Shown here: positions 47,071 to 55,839 of the stretch, piece by piece
How the letters are laid out: each line of letters opens with the position of its first letter
How positions within the stretch are numbered: the first letter of the stretch is position 1
Assembly: GCA_041660505.1 (NCBI GenBank)
Contig: JBAZWG010000001.1
Coordinates: 179,979 to 243,978, forward strand
Length of the DNA: 64,000 bases
Reading direction: 5' to 3'
DNA from: Minisyncoccota bacterium
GTDB lineage: Bacteria; Patescibacteriota; Minisyncoccia; Phycocordibacterales; JACRKE01
Program-made: the position numbers and the translations under genes
The notes under the pieces: model-generated
Databases searched by the model: none
Seen by the model: the letters and a program-made list of their open reading frames with translations, nothing else
Told to the model about the DNA's origin: nothing

Positions 47071-47763
47071 CTACGAACGCTTTTCGCGCTTTGCGAGCAC
47101 GTAGGCGTTATCGAAGTAACGCTGCTCGATGAAGTCATGAATGCTGACGCTTTCGAGACTTCTACCGGCGCGATTGGCAAACATAGGGAATCTACTCACC
47201 GTATCATTCATTCCTCGGTCGTTTACCCATGGAATGAACAGGTACCGTTTTTCGCAAAACCAGGGAAAGCTTGCAACGAAAAGGTAGGCCTCGCGCAAGC
47301 TGATGGGAGACAGATCGCTGTCTCCCCGCCCGGTGCGCTCCCTATCCTTCTTATACATCTGGTTGACGAGATCTCGTGGGGTCTCCGCGTGATAGCCTTC
47401 GTCGCCTAGCTCAATCGGCTCAAAGACGATTCTGTTGCCGGCGTTGACACCTTCCGAGACGCACGGCATTTCCCAGTTGAACCTCTCACTGAATCCATCC
47501 TCGATGTAGTTGAGGCGACAGGCGGCGAGCAGTTTCTGGGTGTGTGGTGTAGCCGAACCCACTTCAATCGGCAAACCGGTCTCTGCAAGAAAGCTACAGA
47601 GGTTGATCTTGCTGAGAAGCAAGTATTCGAGTGCTTCCTCGTTGTCGAGCAGTCGCTGTGCGAGCTCTCCGTCCAGTCTCCCATACAAATAGGAAAACCG
47701 AATCTGGAGAAACTCCGTTTGCCCTTGCGACACCGACTTACGCGGTATCCTTGGCTTAACCAT
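47071..47763 (-). CDS. Hypothetical protein (230 aa), possibly related to DGR-target-like proteins
   Basis: AAGGAG SD before ATG 47763; no match to TR1 or TR2. Confidence 0.6.
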   Translation of the reverse strand: MVKPRIPRKSVSQGQTEFLQIRFSYLYGRLDGELAQRLLDNEEALEYLLLSKINLCSFLAETGLPIEVGSATPHTQKLLAACRLNYIEDGFSERFNWEMPCVSEGVNAGNRIVFEPIELGDEGYHAETPRDLVNQMYKKDRERTGRGDSDLSPISLREAYLFVASFPWFCEKRYLFIPWVNDRGMNDTVSRFPMFANRAGRSLESVSIHDFIEQRYFDNAYVLAKREKRS

Positions 47764-48066
47764 GACAAAACTCCTTTTCCAGCCAATGGGAATGATTCCC
47801 AAAAGCCCTAATTCCTCCGTGGGTGGAGACGTACTGTTCCATGTTCCCCCAGAGGCGAGTGACCGTATCAAGGTTGTTATAGCATACTGCCAACAAGAGA
47901 ACAACTCGACCCCAGTGGCTCATTTCCCACCATTTGACCCGAGGATGCTTGGTCGCCGAGGAGAGACCTCCGCTTTTACCGGAGGACTCACCTCGGCGAC
48001 AGAATATTAAGACGGCAAGGTCTCTCCTCAAGGAGCGGAGCGGGAAGAGGTGAGTCCTTGCCGCCC

Positions 48067-50376
48067 TTACAGGTCGTCTTCCGACAGATACGGGATCCCG
48101 CGCTCGTCAGCCTTGACTATGGCGCCGTTGGTTTCTATTATTTCGCCTCCTTGGAGGAGGACTTCGAGCGCTATCCCCTGGAACGGCTTAGTGAGGAGCG
48201 CCGGGTCATAAATGAAGTCGCCAAGGCTATAGGCGATGACGCCGTCTTTGTACCTTTCGATACTGCCGACCTCGTGCGGGCCGACGCCTATCACTATCTT
48301 CGCACCGGCATCAATGAGGCTCTTGGCAAATACGCTGGCACCAACTTCATCGATACTCTCGGCGCCTGCGTTCGCATTATAGATAACCGCGAGGAATTGT
48401 ACTTTTGCGGCCGAATTGCGAACAGTCTCGAGAAACGAAGAAATGTCCGCCGGATCGATTGAATTTATAACCGGAACATTCGAGGGTGACGAAAGCCAAG
48501 CCGGCGCGCCAATGGCGACATTCAAAAATCCGACGGTCATACCGCTTACGGTCTGTGTCCGCAAGACGCCGGCCTCGGTTGCGTCTCTGCCGATACCGAC
48601 CGGCGTTACTCCGGCGCTAGCCAGTGTCGTGACAGTATCGCCAATCGCCCCCCTGCCCCAATCACCCGCGTGGCTGGTTGCGAGCGATGCGACAGTAACG
48701 CCGGCATCGTGAAGCGTCTTGGCAAAACCGGATGGCGCTTTAAAAGACGGGTGACTCCCGAGATCATAGCCAACGTCAGAGACCGGACCGATTATCGAAG
48801 TTATTCCCACATTTGAGTCTTTTAGAAATCCGCTGTTCGCAAAATATTTCATGAAGTCAGTTGAACTCTTCGGCAATGTATTTTTCGGTAACGCTATCGT
48901 GCCGAGGAAGATCAGAGAGGCGCGATCCTTTGCATCTTCATTGGCGAAGAGTGATTCGGTCGGAATTTTAGCCACCGTGCGCAGAGTGACACCCTTGTCG
49001 TACACCAAGCTATCATAAAGCTGATTGAGAATTAGTTTATTATCGCGGTCGCGGTTGGCACTATTCAAAAGGACGATGCCGATGTTCTTCTTACTGAATT
49101 CTGCCAAGGGTAATGAAAATAACGAGACCGAGGTCAGCCCCGACTCATCGATATAGCCAGTCTTGCCGCCAATATATCTGTCATCTTTGGCCAGAACGAA
49201 TTTATTATGATTGGTCCAAACATGTCGCGCCGCACCTTCAGGACTCTTGAGCGTGTAGCTATAGGTCTTCGCAATGTTCAGTACATCGGGGCGGAATTTG
49301 TAGAGATATTGTGCAAGAGTGAAAAGATCTTTGGCCGAAGAGACGTTGTGAGACGATAGCCCCGATGGGTCGCCGAATGAAGTATGCGCAAGCTTGAGCG
49401 TCTTTGCCTTCTCATTCATCTTGGCGATGAACTGGTCGCGGCCAAACGACTCTGCAATGGCCTCGGCCATGTCGTTCGATGATTCCAAGAGAAGCGGGTA
49501 AAGCGCGTCGTTTACGCCCATACGTTCGCCGACAAATAGTTCTCCTTCGGTACCGAGCGTCGTTAGCGCGCGTTGGCTCACCTGCACCACGTTATCTTTA
49601 GAATAGTCTTCTGTCGCGACAAGTGTCGTGAATAATTTAGAAATTGACGCTATCGAACGTGTTTTGTCTTCATCGCGATTCATAATTACCTCGCCGGTAT
49701 CCAAGTCGGCGATGTAATAGGAGAGCGAGTTTAGGCGCAAGACCGACTTTGGAACGGCTGTGTAAGCCGGAATGAGCGCACCGATAGAAGCCAAGCGTTC
49801 GACGGAGACGAAGGTTGACTCCTTTTTTGTCTTTACTATCACCACGTCTCCGGTGCTCAAGAAGCGATATACGGCCGCAGCATCAGCCGATTTGAGATGT
49901 ATCGACCCGAACGTGTTTTTAGGGCTGTCACCAGGCTTTGTTTTGTATGGGTCACCATGGATGAAGGTGTTGCCGAATATCTGCACCGCATCGGGGAAAT
50001 TCATCTTGGCGAGCGGAGACGAATGAGAGATTTCTTTAACGAGCACCTTATATCGTCCGGCCGGAGTCTCCCATGGCGAGCCGATGGCGCCAGTAGAGAC
50101 AAGTGCGTAGGTGTCACTGATGAGGCCGCCCTCGTAAAGCGTAATATCATTCTTGTCGAGATCGATTATCGCGGCATGCCCCGTCTTCGGTGGCAAAGAA
50201 TCGCGATAAGTGAGTTTGCCAAGTCCGGCGAAGTTGGCAAGCTTGGCGCTGTTCGTCATGAGCAGATCCTTACCCGATATATCACTACCGCGAAACAATA
50301 ATCCAGAAAGGCCGAAGCCGATAGCGAGCGCCAATATAGCAACGATACTAGTTGTGAGCAGATGTTGTCGTTGCAT
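48067..50376 (-). CDS. Fusion of YkuD-like L,D-transpeptidase, S11 D-Ala-D-Ala carboxypeptidase and CapA-like domains
   Basis: TP.G.Y...IHG; SISK/SSN/KTG triad; C-terminal DAGA.IV.G..PH...YSLGDF. Confidence 0.82.
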   Translation of the reverse strand: MQRQHLLTTSIVAILALAIGFGLSGLLFRGSDISGKDLLMTNSAKLANFAGLGKLTYRDSLPPKTGHAAIIDLDKNDITLYEGGLISDTYALVSTGAIGSPWETPAGRYKVLVKEISHSSPLAKMNFPDAVQIFGNTFIHGDPYKTKPGDSPKNTFGSIHLKSADAAAVYRFLSTGDVVIVKTKKESTFVSVERLASIGALIPAYTAVPKSVLRLNSLSYYIADLDTGEVIMNRDEDKTRSIASISKLFTTLVATEDYSKDNVVQVSQRALTTLGTEGELFVGERMGVNDALYPLLLESSNDMAEAIAESFGRDQFIAKMNEKAKTLKLAHTSFGDPSGLSSHNVSSAKDLFTLAQYLYKFRPDVLNIAKTYSYTLKSPEGAARHVWTNHNKFVLAKDDRYIGGKTGYIDESGLTSVSLFSLPLAEFSKKNIGIVLLNSANRDRDNKLILNQLYDSLVYDKGVTLRTVAKIPTESLFANEDAKDRASLIFLGTIALPKNTLPKSSTDFMKYFANSGFLKDSNVGITSIIGPVSDVGYDLGSHPSFKAPSGFAKTLHDAGVTVASLATSHAGDWGRGAIGDTVTTLASAGVTPVGIGRDATEAGVLRTQTVSGMTVGFLNVAIGAPAWLSSPSNVPVINSIDPADISSFLETVRNSAAKVQFLAVIYNANAGAESIDEVGASVFAKSLIDAGAKIVIGVGPHEVGSIERYKDGVIAYSLGDFIYDPALLTKPFQGIALEVLLQGGEIIETNGAIVKADERGIPYLSEDDL

Positions 50377-51214
50377 TGGAGCCTGTCCCTTTAAATTTAT
50401 AAAATACTTTGTCGCCGAGCCGCACATCTATATATTCAAGCGAATGAGGATGGCCTACGTATTCACCTGCAAATCGCGCGCTAGCTATTGTCGCCCGCAG
50501 ACTGTCGGCAACATCTTGCGCCGATTGATCCTTGGTGAACAATACGTACCAGCCGTTTTTTATAAACACACGGAACGAGCCCTCATCTGTTTCCTCGAAC
50601 GAACTTATGCTCAAATTCTGCGCGCTGAATAATTCAATTAATTTACGGAGTTTTTCCGGCACATCATCATTAAATACATTTGTCATCATAAGTGTTGACG
50701 ATGCCAGACGCGGCGAACGGAGCTCCGGATAAACAGGGGCCGAGAGAGCCGGCGCAGGCGCGAAAACGAGCGTGTTGCGATCGGCGTAATAGCAAATACC
50801 ATCCGGTCCGCAGACTATATAGACCGGCGTGCGCTCTGTGACCGAAATGCGCACCCCGTGTGGCGACTCGAGAGCAATAGTTGCTTTCTCGACCCAAGGC
50901 ACGGCTTTCATCAAGTCGGCAGTCATACTACCGGGCGAAGATATCATTGTATAACGAGGGAAAATAAGAAATGTGTTCTGTTTAAGTAATCCGGTGACAG
51001 TGCTCGACACTTCTGTCTCGCGCGATCCTACTACTCCTTGCACCGCCACTGTTTCGATACGTAATACCGGTAAGCGGAAGGCCAGTGCCAGTGCGAGCAA
51101 GTAAATAATAATATTAAGCAAAACCAGGCCGGCCGTGATACCGGAGCGCTTCAGCTTCTTCTGCCGCTGTTCTTTCTTGATCGCCGTAATGGCGCGCCCG
51201 CGGATAACAACCAT
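50348..51214 (-). CDS. FtsQ/DivIB-like cell division protein
   Basis: Basic N-terminus, TM helix, POTRA-like region, V.ER.P, YIDVR. Confidence 0.75.
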   Translation of the reverse strand: MVVIRGRAITAIKKEQRQKKLKRSGITAGLVLLNIIIYLLALALAFRLPVLRIETVAVQGVVGSRETEVSSTVTGLLKQNTFLIFPRYTMISSPGSMTADLMKAVPWVEKATIALESPHGVRISVTERTPVYIVCGPDGICYYADRNTLVFAPAPALSAPVYPELRSPRLASSTLMMTNVFNDDVPEKLRKLIELFSAQNLSISSFEETDEGSFRVFIKNGWYVLFTKDQSAQDVADSLRATIASARFAGEYVGHPHSLEYIDVRLGDKVFYKFKGTGSNATTTSAHN

Positions 51215-52473
51215 TACTTGATTGTATCAAATCCGGTGTACTTTCGTAAAACTTCCGGAATGTTGATACTGCCGTCGGCTTGCTGATAGTTCTCCACAAG
51301 CGAGACCAATATGCGCGGAGTCGGGATGGCCGTGCAGTTCAATGAATGCGCGTATTTAAGTTTGCCTTCTTGGTCGCGGTATTTGATATTCAACCGTCTG
51401 GTCTGGAAATCGTGGAAGTATGACGCGGAGCTTATCTCGCGATATTTCTGCTCCATCGGGACCCAGAGCTCGACGTCATATTTTTTAACTTGGCCGAGGC
51501 CGAGGTCACCACCACAGTTAACTACTGTGTGATACGGAATACCGAGAAGCTCGATAAACTCTTCCGTATTTCTGTTCAATTCTTCATGATACCTGACCGA
51601 CGCTTCATGATTCGCCTCACAGAGAATCACTTGCTCCCATTTATAAAATTCATGCACGCGAATGAGACCCTTCACGTCCTTACTATGACTCCCCGCTTCC
51701 CTACGAAAGCATGGCGAGAATGATATGCATTTCTTGGGTTTGGAAAGGTCGATGACTTCATTCATGAAATATCCCATCGTGCCCACCTCTGCCGTGCCGG
51801 CAAGGAAGTTGCCGTCCTGCGTCTTGTACAAATCCTCTTCTCCTTGCGGGAGAAATCCTGTACCGAGCAATGCTTCGCGCTTAACGAGTGACGGGATTAT
51901 CATCGGCGAGAAACCTTTTTCGCTGAAGAATTTAAGTGCCAACTGCCAGATTGCCAGCGACAGATTGACTCCGGCATTCTTGAGCACATACCCGCGGAAG
52001 CCCGCGATCTTCACCCCGCGGTCGATGTCGAGCATATCCAACTTCTCCATTATCTCGATGTGGCTTTTAGGCGTGAATTCGAATTTGGTCTTTTCTCCCC
52101 AGACCTTCGTCTCCACATTCTGCTCGTCGCTCTCGCCCTCCGGTACGGAGATATCCGGCACGTTCGGTACTTCTAGCATCAACGTGTGCCATTCTTTCAT
52201 TATTTCGCGCAACTCTTCTTCCTTTTTCTGAAGAGTTTCTTTGAGTACCTTCATTTCTGCAATAAGCCCTTCGCGGACTCCACCGTCAGTCGCCCCTGCC
52301 ACCAAGGTGGACGTGGCATTCTGCTTCTCGCGCATACCCTCGACTTCGCGGAGCAAAGCAAGCCGTTTATCGTCGGCAGTGATTAATTTCTCAAGATCCA
52401 ATTTGACGCGTTTCTTCCGCGCCGCCTCCTTTATCAAGTCCGCATTTTCGCGGATAAATTTAATGTCTAACAT
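51214..52473 (-). CDS. serS: Serine-tRNA ligase
   Basis: MLDIKFIREN, GTAE, FRREAGS, GLIRVHEF.K.EQ, EISS.S, HSLN. Confidence 0.98.
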   Translation of the reverse strand: MLDIKFIRENADLIKEAARKKRVKLDLEKLITADDKRLALLREVEGMREKQNATSTLVAGATDGGVREGLIAEMKVLKETLQKKEEELREIMKEWHTLMLEVPNVPDISVPEGESDEQNVETKVWGEKTKFEFTPKSHIEIMEKLDMLDIDRGVKIAGFRGYVLKNAGVNLSLAIWQLALKFFSEKGFSPMIIPSLVKREALLGTGFLPQGEEDLYKTQDGNFLAGTAEVGTMGYFMNEVIDLSKPKKCISFSPCFRREAGSHSKDVKGLIRVHEFYKWEQVILCEANHEASVRYHEELNRNTEEFIELLGIPYHTVVNCGGDLGLGQVKKYDVELWVPMEQKYREISSASYFHDFQTRRLNIKYRDQEGKLKYAHSLNCTAIPTPRILVSLVENYQQADGSINIPEVLRKYTGFDTIK

Positions 52474-52645
52474 GACTAGTTTTTAGTTGGTAGTTTGTAG
52501 TTTTTAGGAAAGCGAATACAAGACACACTATACCAAAATATGCGCCCGATGTGTAGTGCATTTTGAGGTTCGACCTTTCAGATGTCCGATAAGGTCGAAC
52601 TTCTGTCGGTATAACTACACAAGGCAGTCTTGTGCCATAACGCCA

Positions 52646-52873
52646 TTAGGCCGGCACCAATTTTGATGTTGCAAACGGTACTTGAATATCGATATGCGAA
52701 AGGTCATTCAGCGACAGCTTTTTGCTTGCTTCCAAAATCTCAATGCCGAGCAGTGACTTGTCTTCACCAATGTCAAAAATCACACCGTCTGTTGGTTCTT
52801 CATTTTCCAAGAACTTCCCTTCTCGAAGTTTTATGTACAGCGCATCGGCTGTTGTGTCGTAGCTAATTTTCAT
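52646..52873 (-). CDS. DUF2283-like protein (putative antitoxin)
   Basis: MKISYD..ADALYI...GIEIL.AS. Confidence 0.85.
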   Translation of the reverse strand: MKISYDTTADALYIKLREGKFLENEEPTDGVIFDIGEDKSLLGIEILEASKKLSLNDLSHIDIQVPFATSKLVPA

Positions 52874-53093
52874 ATGTTTTGTGCCAAATGGTTGAGATGA
52901 TAATCGTATGCTTTCCCTCCGGTTTACAAACTATTTTTATTGTCCCTGCTTTTAACTTCTTAAAGATTACTTCTCGTTCATCGTGTCCTACTATTTTCTC
53001 ATCTGGGTGCTCTAGCCCTTCGTTCACCATTTTCTCGGTGATTGACCGTTCAGCCATTCGCTCTTTTGCGTGTTCCGTATAGATGACGGTCAT
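52863..53093 (-). CDS. DUF4258-like protein (putative RelE/BrnT-fold toxin)
   Basis: YTEHAKERMAERSIT; overlaps the DUF2283-like gene by 11 nt. Confidence 0.8.
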   Translation of the reverse strand: MTVIYTEHAKERMAERSITEKMVNEGLEHPDEKIVGHDEREVIFKKLKAGTIKIVCKPEGKHTIIISTIWHKTYEN

Positions 53094-53143
53094 AGGGGTA
53101 TTCTATCACAAACTGGCCAAAATAGAAGCGGTGAGTGCGTTTT

Positions 53144-54139
53144 TTAGCCAATTGTTTTTTGTATGCCATGTCCATTGCAATGTTTGAGTAGCCCGACATA
53201 TGACTGTATTACATCAGGATTATATTCTTTTCCTACTATATTCCGAAACATTCGTTTTTTAGTCTTTGTTCGCAAAATGCGATGATTTGGAAACTGCACA
53301 TAACCGAGAAAATCAATTCCTTGCCGTAGTTTAGAAATCGAAACTTTTTTCGGATGAAGTGAGAGCTTTAGTTTTTCTTGCAAAAAAACGTTGACACGAG
53401 GCAATAAAGCCTCAAGCTCTGTATGACTTTGTGAAAGTATAACGAAATCATCGCAGTAACGAATGTAGTACTTTTGTTTAAGGATATGTTTTACGAACTG
53501 ATCCAGCTCATTCAGGTACACATTGGCAAACAGTTGGCTCGTCACATTGCCGAGCGGTATTGCCTTGCCTTGTATTTTTTCAAAACTGCCGATGATTTTT
53601 TTGATTAGCCACTTAGTATCTTCTCCGTGGATAACATGAGACAGTAGTCTAAGCAAAATTTCGTGATCGATAGTATCGAAAAACTTGCGAATATCGCATT
53701 TGAGCACATACGCGAGCTGATTATTATTCGCACTAACTCTTCGGCCGAACGCATGCAGTCGCTCGACTCCCGCATGCGTTCCCTTGCGAAACCGGCATGA
53801 GTAGGAGTCGAAGATAAAATGCTGATCGAATTGGTGATACAAGACTCGGAAAATTGCTTGGTGTAGTACGCGATCAAAGACCGTTGCTTTGTGGATGTGC
53901 CGGAGTTTCGGATCGCGGACGTAGAACGCTTCATACCGGCCGGTCTCGTATGTTTTGTTTTTTAGCTGTTCGTGGAGCAAAAACAGATTATCTTCGAGTC
54001 GGAATTCAAATTCCTGAACGTCTTGCTTTTTCGTCTTGCCTCGTTTAAACTCGCGCCATGCGGCAAATAGATTTTCGAGTGAAATAATCCGTTCAAATAC
54101 ATGATCGAAAATTCCACTAATAAGACCCCCCCCCGGCAC
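53144..54139 (-). CDS. DGR reverse transcriptase (RT2); start uncertain (GTG 54139, or ATG 54161 if the G tract is 8 nt)
   Basis: DRVLHQAI, LKCDIRKFF, IPLGNVTSQ, YIRYCDDF. Confidence 0.96.
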   Translation of the reverse strand: MPGGGLISGIFDHVFERIISLENLFAAWREFKRGKTKKQDVQEFEFRLEDNLFLLHEQLKNKTYETGRYEAFYVRDPKLRHIHKATVFDRVLHQAIFRVLYHQFDQHFIFDSYSCRFRKGTHAGVERLHAFGRRVSANNNQLAYVLKCDIRKFFDTIDHEILLRLLSHVIHGEDTKWLIKKIIGSFEKIQGKAIPLGNVTSQLFANVYLNELDQFVKHILKQKYYIRYCDDFVILSQSHTELEALLPRVNVFLQEKLKLSLHPKKVSISKLRQGIDFLGYVQFPNHRILRTKTKKRMFRNIVGKEYNPDVIQSYVGLLKHCNGHGIQKTIG

Positions 54140-54491
54140 TCTCCAAATCCCCTTGGTTCATAAGATTCGTGAAGTATATCGGAGTTTATATATTGTCGGC
54201 AAGCGGATGCCGAAGCGAGATAGGTTCGGAATATACCAACAGCTCGAGACGTTAGTCTTGCTCTGTCTGCGGATTGCTATTACGGCCGCCTTATCAAAAC
54301 CGGAACAAAAGCCTCCTTTCATAACACGCTTGCGTATTGAAATTGAAGTATGCAAACAGCTTATCCGCGTGGCACACGAATTGGGCAGTATTGAGCAGAA
54401 AGATTATTTGATGTTATCAGAATTCCTTATCGAATGTTCCAAGATGTCCTATAAGTGGCTTGAGTCTCTAACCAAAAAGGAGCCGCAGTAA
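54101..54491 (+). CDS. avd: Avd-like accessory protein, frameshifted at a C9 tract
   Basis: MPKRDRFGI, K.LIRVAHEL..I, E.SKM...W; ATG 54101 is out of frame with the body (track ORF starts at TTG 54153). Confidence 0.85.
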
Positions 54492-54506
54492 TGCGACTCC
54501 GCTTGG

Positions 54507-54626
54507 CGAGACTATCTCACGGGTACGCAGGTTCTCGTTCGCATTGTCCGTGTTGTACCAGTTGACGTTCAGCTTGTCGTAGTTCCAGTTCACGTTCGGG
54601 ACGTTGCCGTCGGAATTGCGCGAGCC
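54507..54626 (-). repeat. DGR2 template repeat (TR2)
   Basis: Ungapped 120-nt match to 54926-55045; 35 adenines, 11 Asn (AAY) codons. Confidence 0.97.
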
Positions 54627-54850
54627 ATGTGTTGCCTCATGCCATCCACTTCACTGGCGGTCTTTTGCAAAGTCGCCTGTTCCCGTTTCTCGCGGTACTG
54701 CGCCGAGGCAGCTCTGTTTGGAGGCAGACTGCAAAATTATTTTTGCAAGACATCCTCGCCAGCATGAGGCACGTAGTTTCGTATAGACTGTGGCAAACCG
54801 ATATCTCGTTTTTTATGCGAGACCGATTGTATGAGCCAGATTAGTAGTAT

Positions 54851-54892
54851 AAAAGAATCGAACCCCATTTGCCAGAGGCAAACAGGGTTCGA
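54851..54892 (-). terminator. Hairpin and U-rich tail downstream of target 2
   Basis: Minus strand TCGAACCCTGTTTGCC-TCT-GGCAAATGGGGTTCGA-TTCTTTT (16 bp with two G-U pairs). Confidence 0.7.
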
Positions 54893-54922
54893 AAAGTGTA
54901 CAAAATAAAAAGGAGGCAAGTG

Positions 54923-55642
54923 TTACGAAACGACCTCACGGGCACGCAGGTGCTCGTGCGCACCGTCCGCGTCGTACCAGTGGACGCTCAGCTTGCCGTA
55001 GTACCAGTACACGAGCGGGACGTAGCCGCCGGAATAGCGCGAGCCCGAGCACAGCGTGATGTTCACGCTGTCCAAATGCTTCCCCGTTTCGAGGAAGTAC
55101 TTGAGCTCCAGGTCAAGGCGCTCGGGCAAGCTGATGCCCTGTACCTTCTTGTCCTCGAGGTCGTTGGCGGAGCAGTTCTTCCACTCGGCGTCTGCCTCAA
55201 CGCCGTCCCGCACCCAGATGGCGTGGGGCTTTTCGGTGCCGAAACGGTCGTTCCGCGTCACCGACGCGTCGAGGTCGGCCGTGTAGCGCCAGCAGGTGAA
55301 CTGCTTGGCGCAGACGTCGAACCTCCGGTTGATGGTGACGCCCGGTGCCTCGATGATGAGGCGACCGAAGCCCGGACGCGTGACGGGGATGGCGAGCTCA
55401 CGCAGGTCGAGTTTGACCTTGTAGAGATCGCCCCAATAGGCAATCCACGGGGTGAGCAACTTCTTGCGTGCCCGCCCGCCGAGCGCGCGCGGCCCCGTGC
55501 CTGCGCGCTCGAGCTTGAACGGGTTCCGACGCTGGAGGAAGAGCTTGACCTCTTCCTCGCTCAAGGCACCCGCCTTGAGCTTCGCCGTGAAGTCGACCAA
55601 AAGGTCGAACTTCGTGTTGTTACCGGCCTGTCCGTCAGACAT
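54923..55642 (-). CDS. DGR2 target protein (239 aa) with C-terminal variable region, probably CLec-like fold
   Basis: AAGGAGG SD; last 40 codons are VR2 (GSRYSGGYVPLVYWYYGKLSVHWYDADGAHEHLRAREVVS*). Confidence 0.93.
   Translation of the reverse strand: MSDGQAGNNTKFDLLVDFTAKLKAGALSEEEVKLFLQRRNPFKLERAGTGPRALGGRARKKLLTPWIAYWGDLYKVKLDLRELAIPVTRPGFGRLIIEAPGVTINRRFDVCAKQFTCWRYTADLDASVTRNDRFGTEKPHAIWVRDGVEADAEWKNCSANDLEDKKVQGISLPERLDLELKYFLETGKHLDSVNITLCSGSRYSGGYVPLVYWYYGKLSVHWYDADGAHEHLRAREVVS
54926..55045 (-). repeat. DGR2 variable repeat (VR2)
   Basis: 20 mismatches to TR2, 19 at TR adenines; the exception lies 4 nt from the 3' end. Confidence 0.97.
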
Positions 55643-55839
55643 AGCCAGCCTCCTTTATTTCAATGCCTTTGGCTTTCCGGCAAACTATTTGCCATAAAAC
55701 CGCAAGCGTTCAGCTGGTTTTATATTATACAATAATTTACAATCTGTCAAGATAGGTTTTTTCGCTTAGTACACAACTTGGCACGGCCGTAACAAGTTAT
55801 GTACTATTATTTTTATAGCACACAAGACTCCCCCGTGTG

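Larger units (their letters stand above)
53144..55642 (-). mobile_element. Diversity-generating retroelement DGR2 (same layout as DGR1)
   Basis: DGR-type RT, Avd-like ORF and a 120-nt TR/VR pair with adenine-specific mismatches. Confidence 0.96.

Noticed and set aside
32058-55045. Cross-targeting (TR1 to VR2 or TR2 to VR1) or extra VRs in the window
   Set aside because: By eye the two repeats share only a short 3' motif and no third copy of either was seen; a computational scan could still find degenerate copies
54869-55735. 288-aa plus-strand ORF
   Set aside because: Antisense shadow of the GC3-rich target 2 gene
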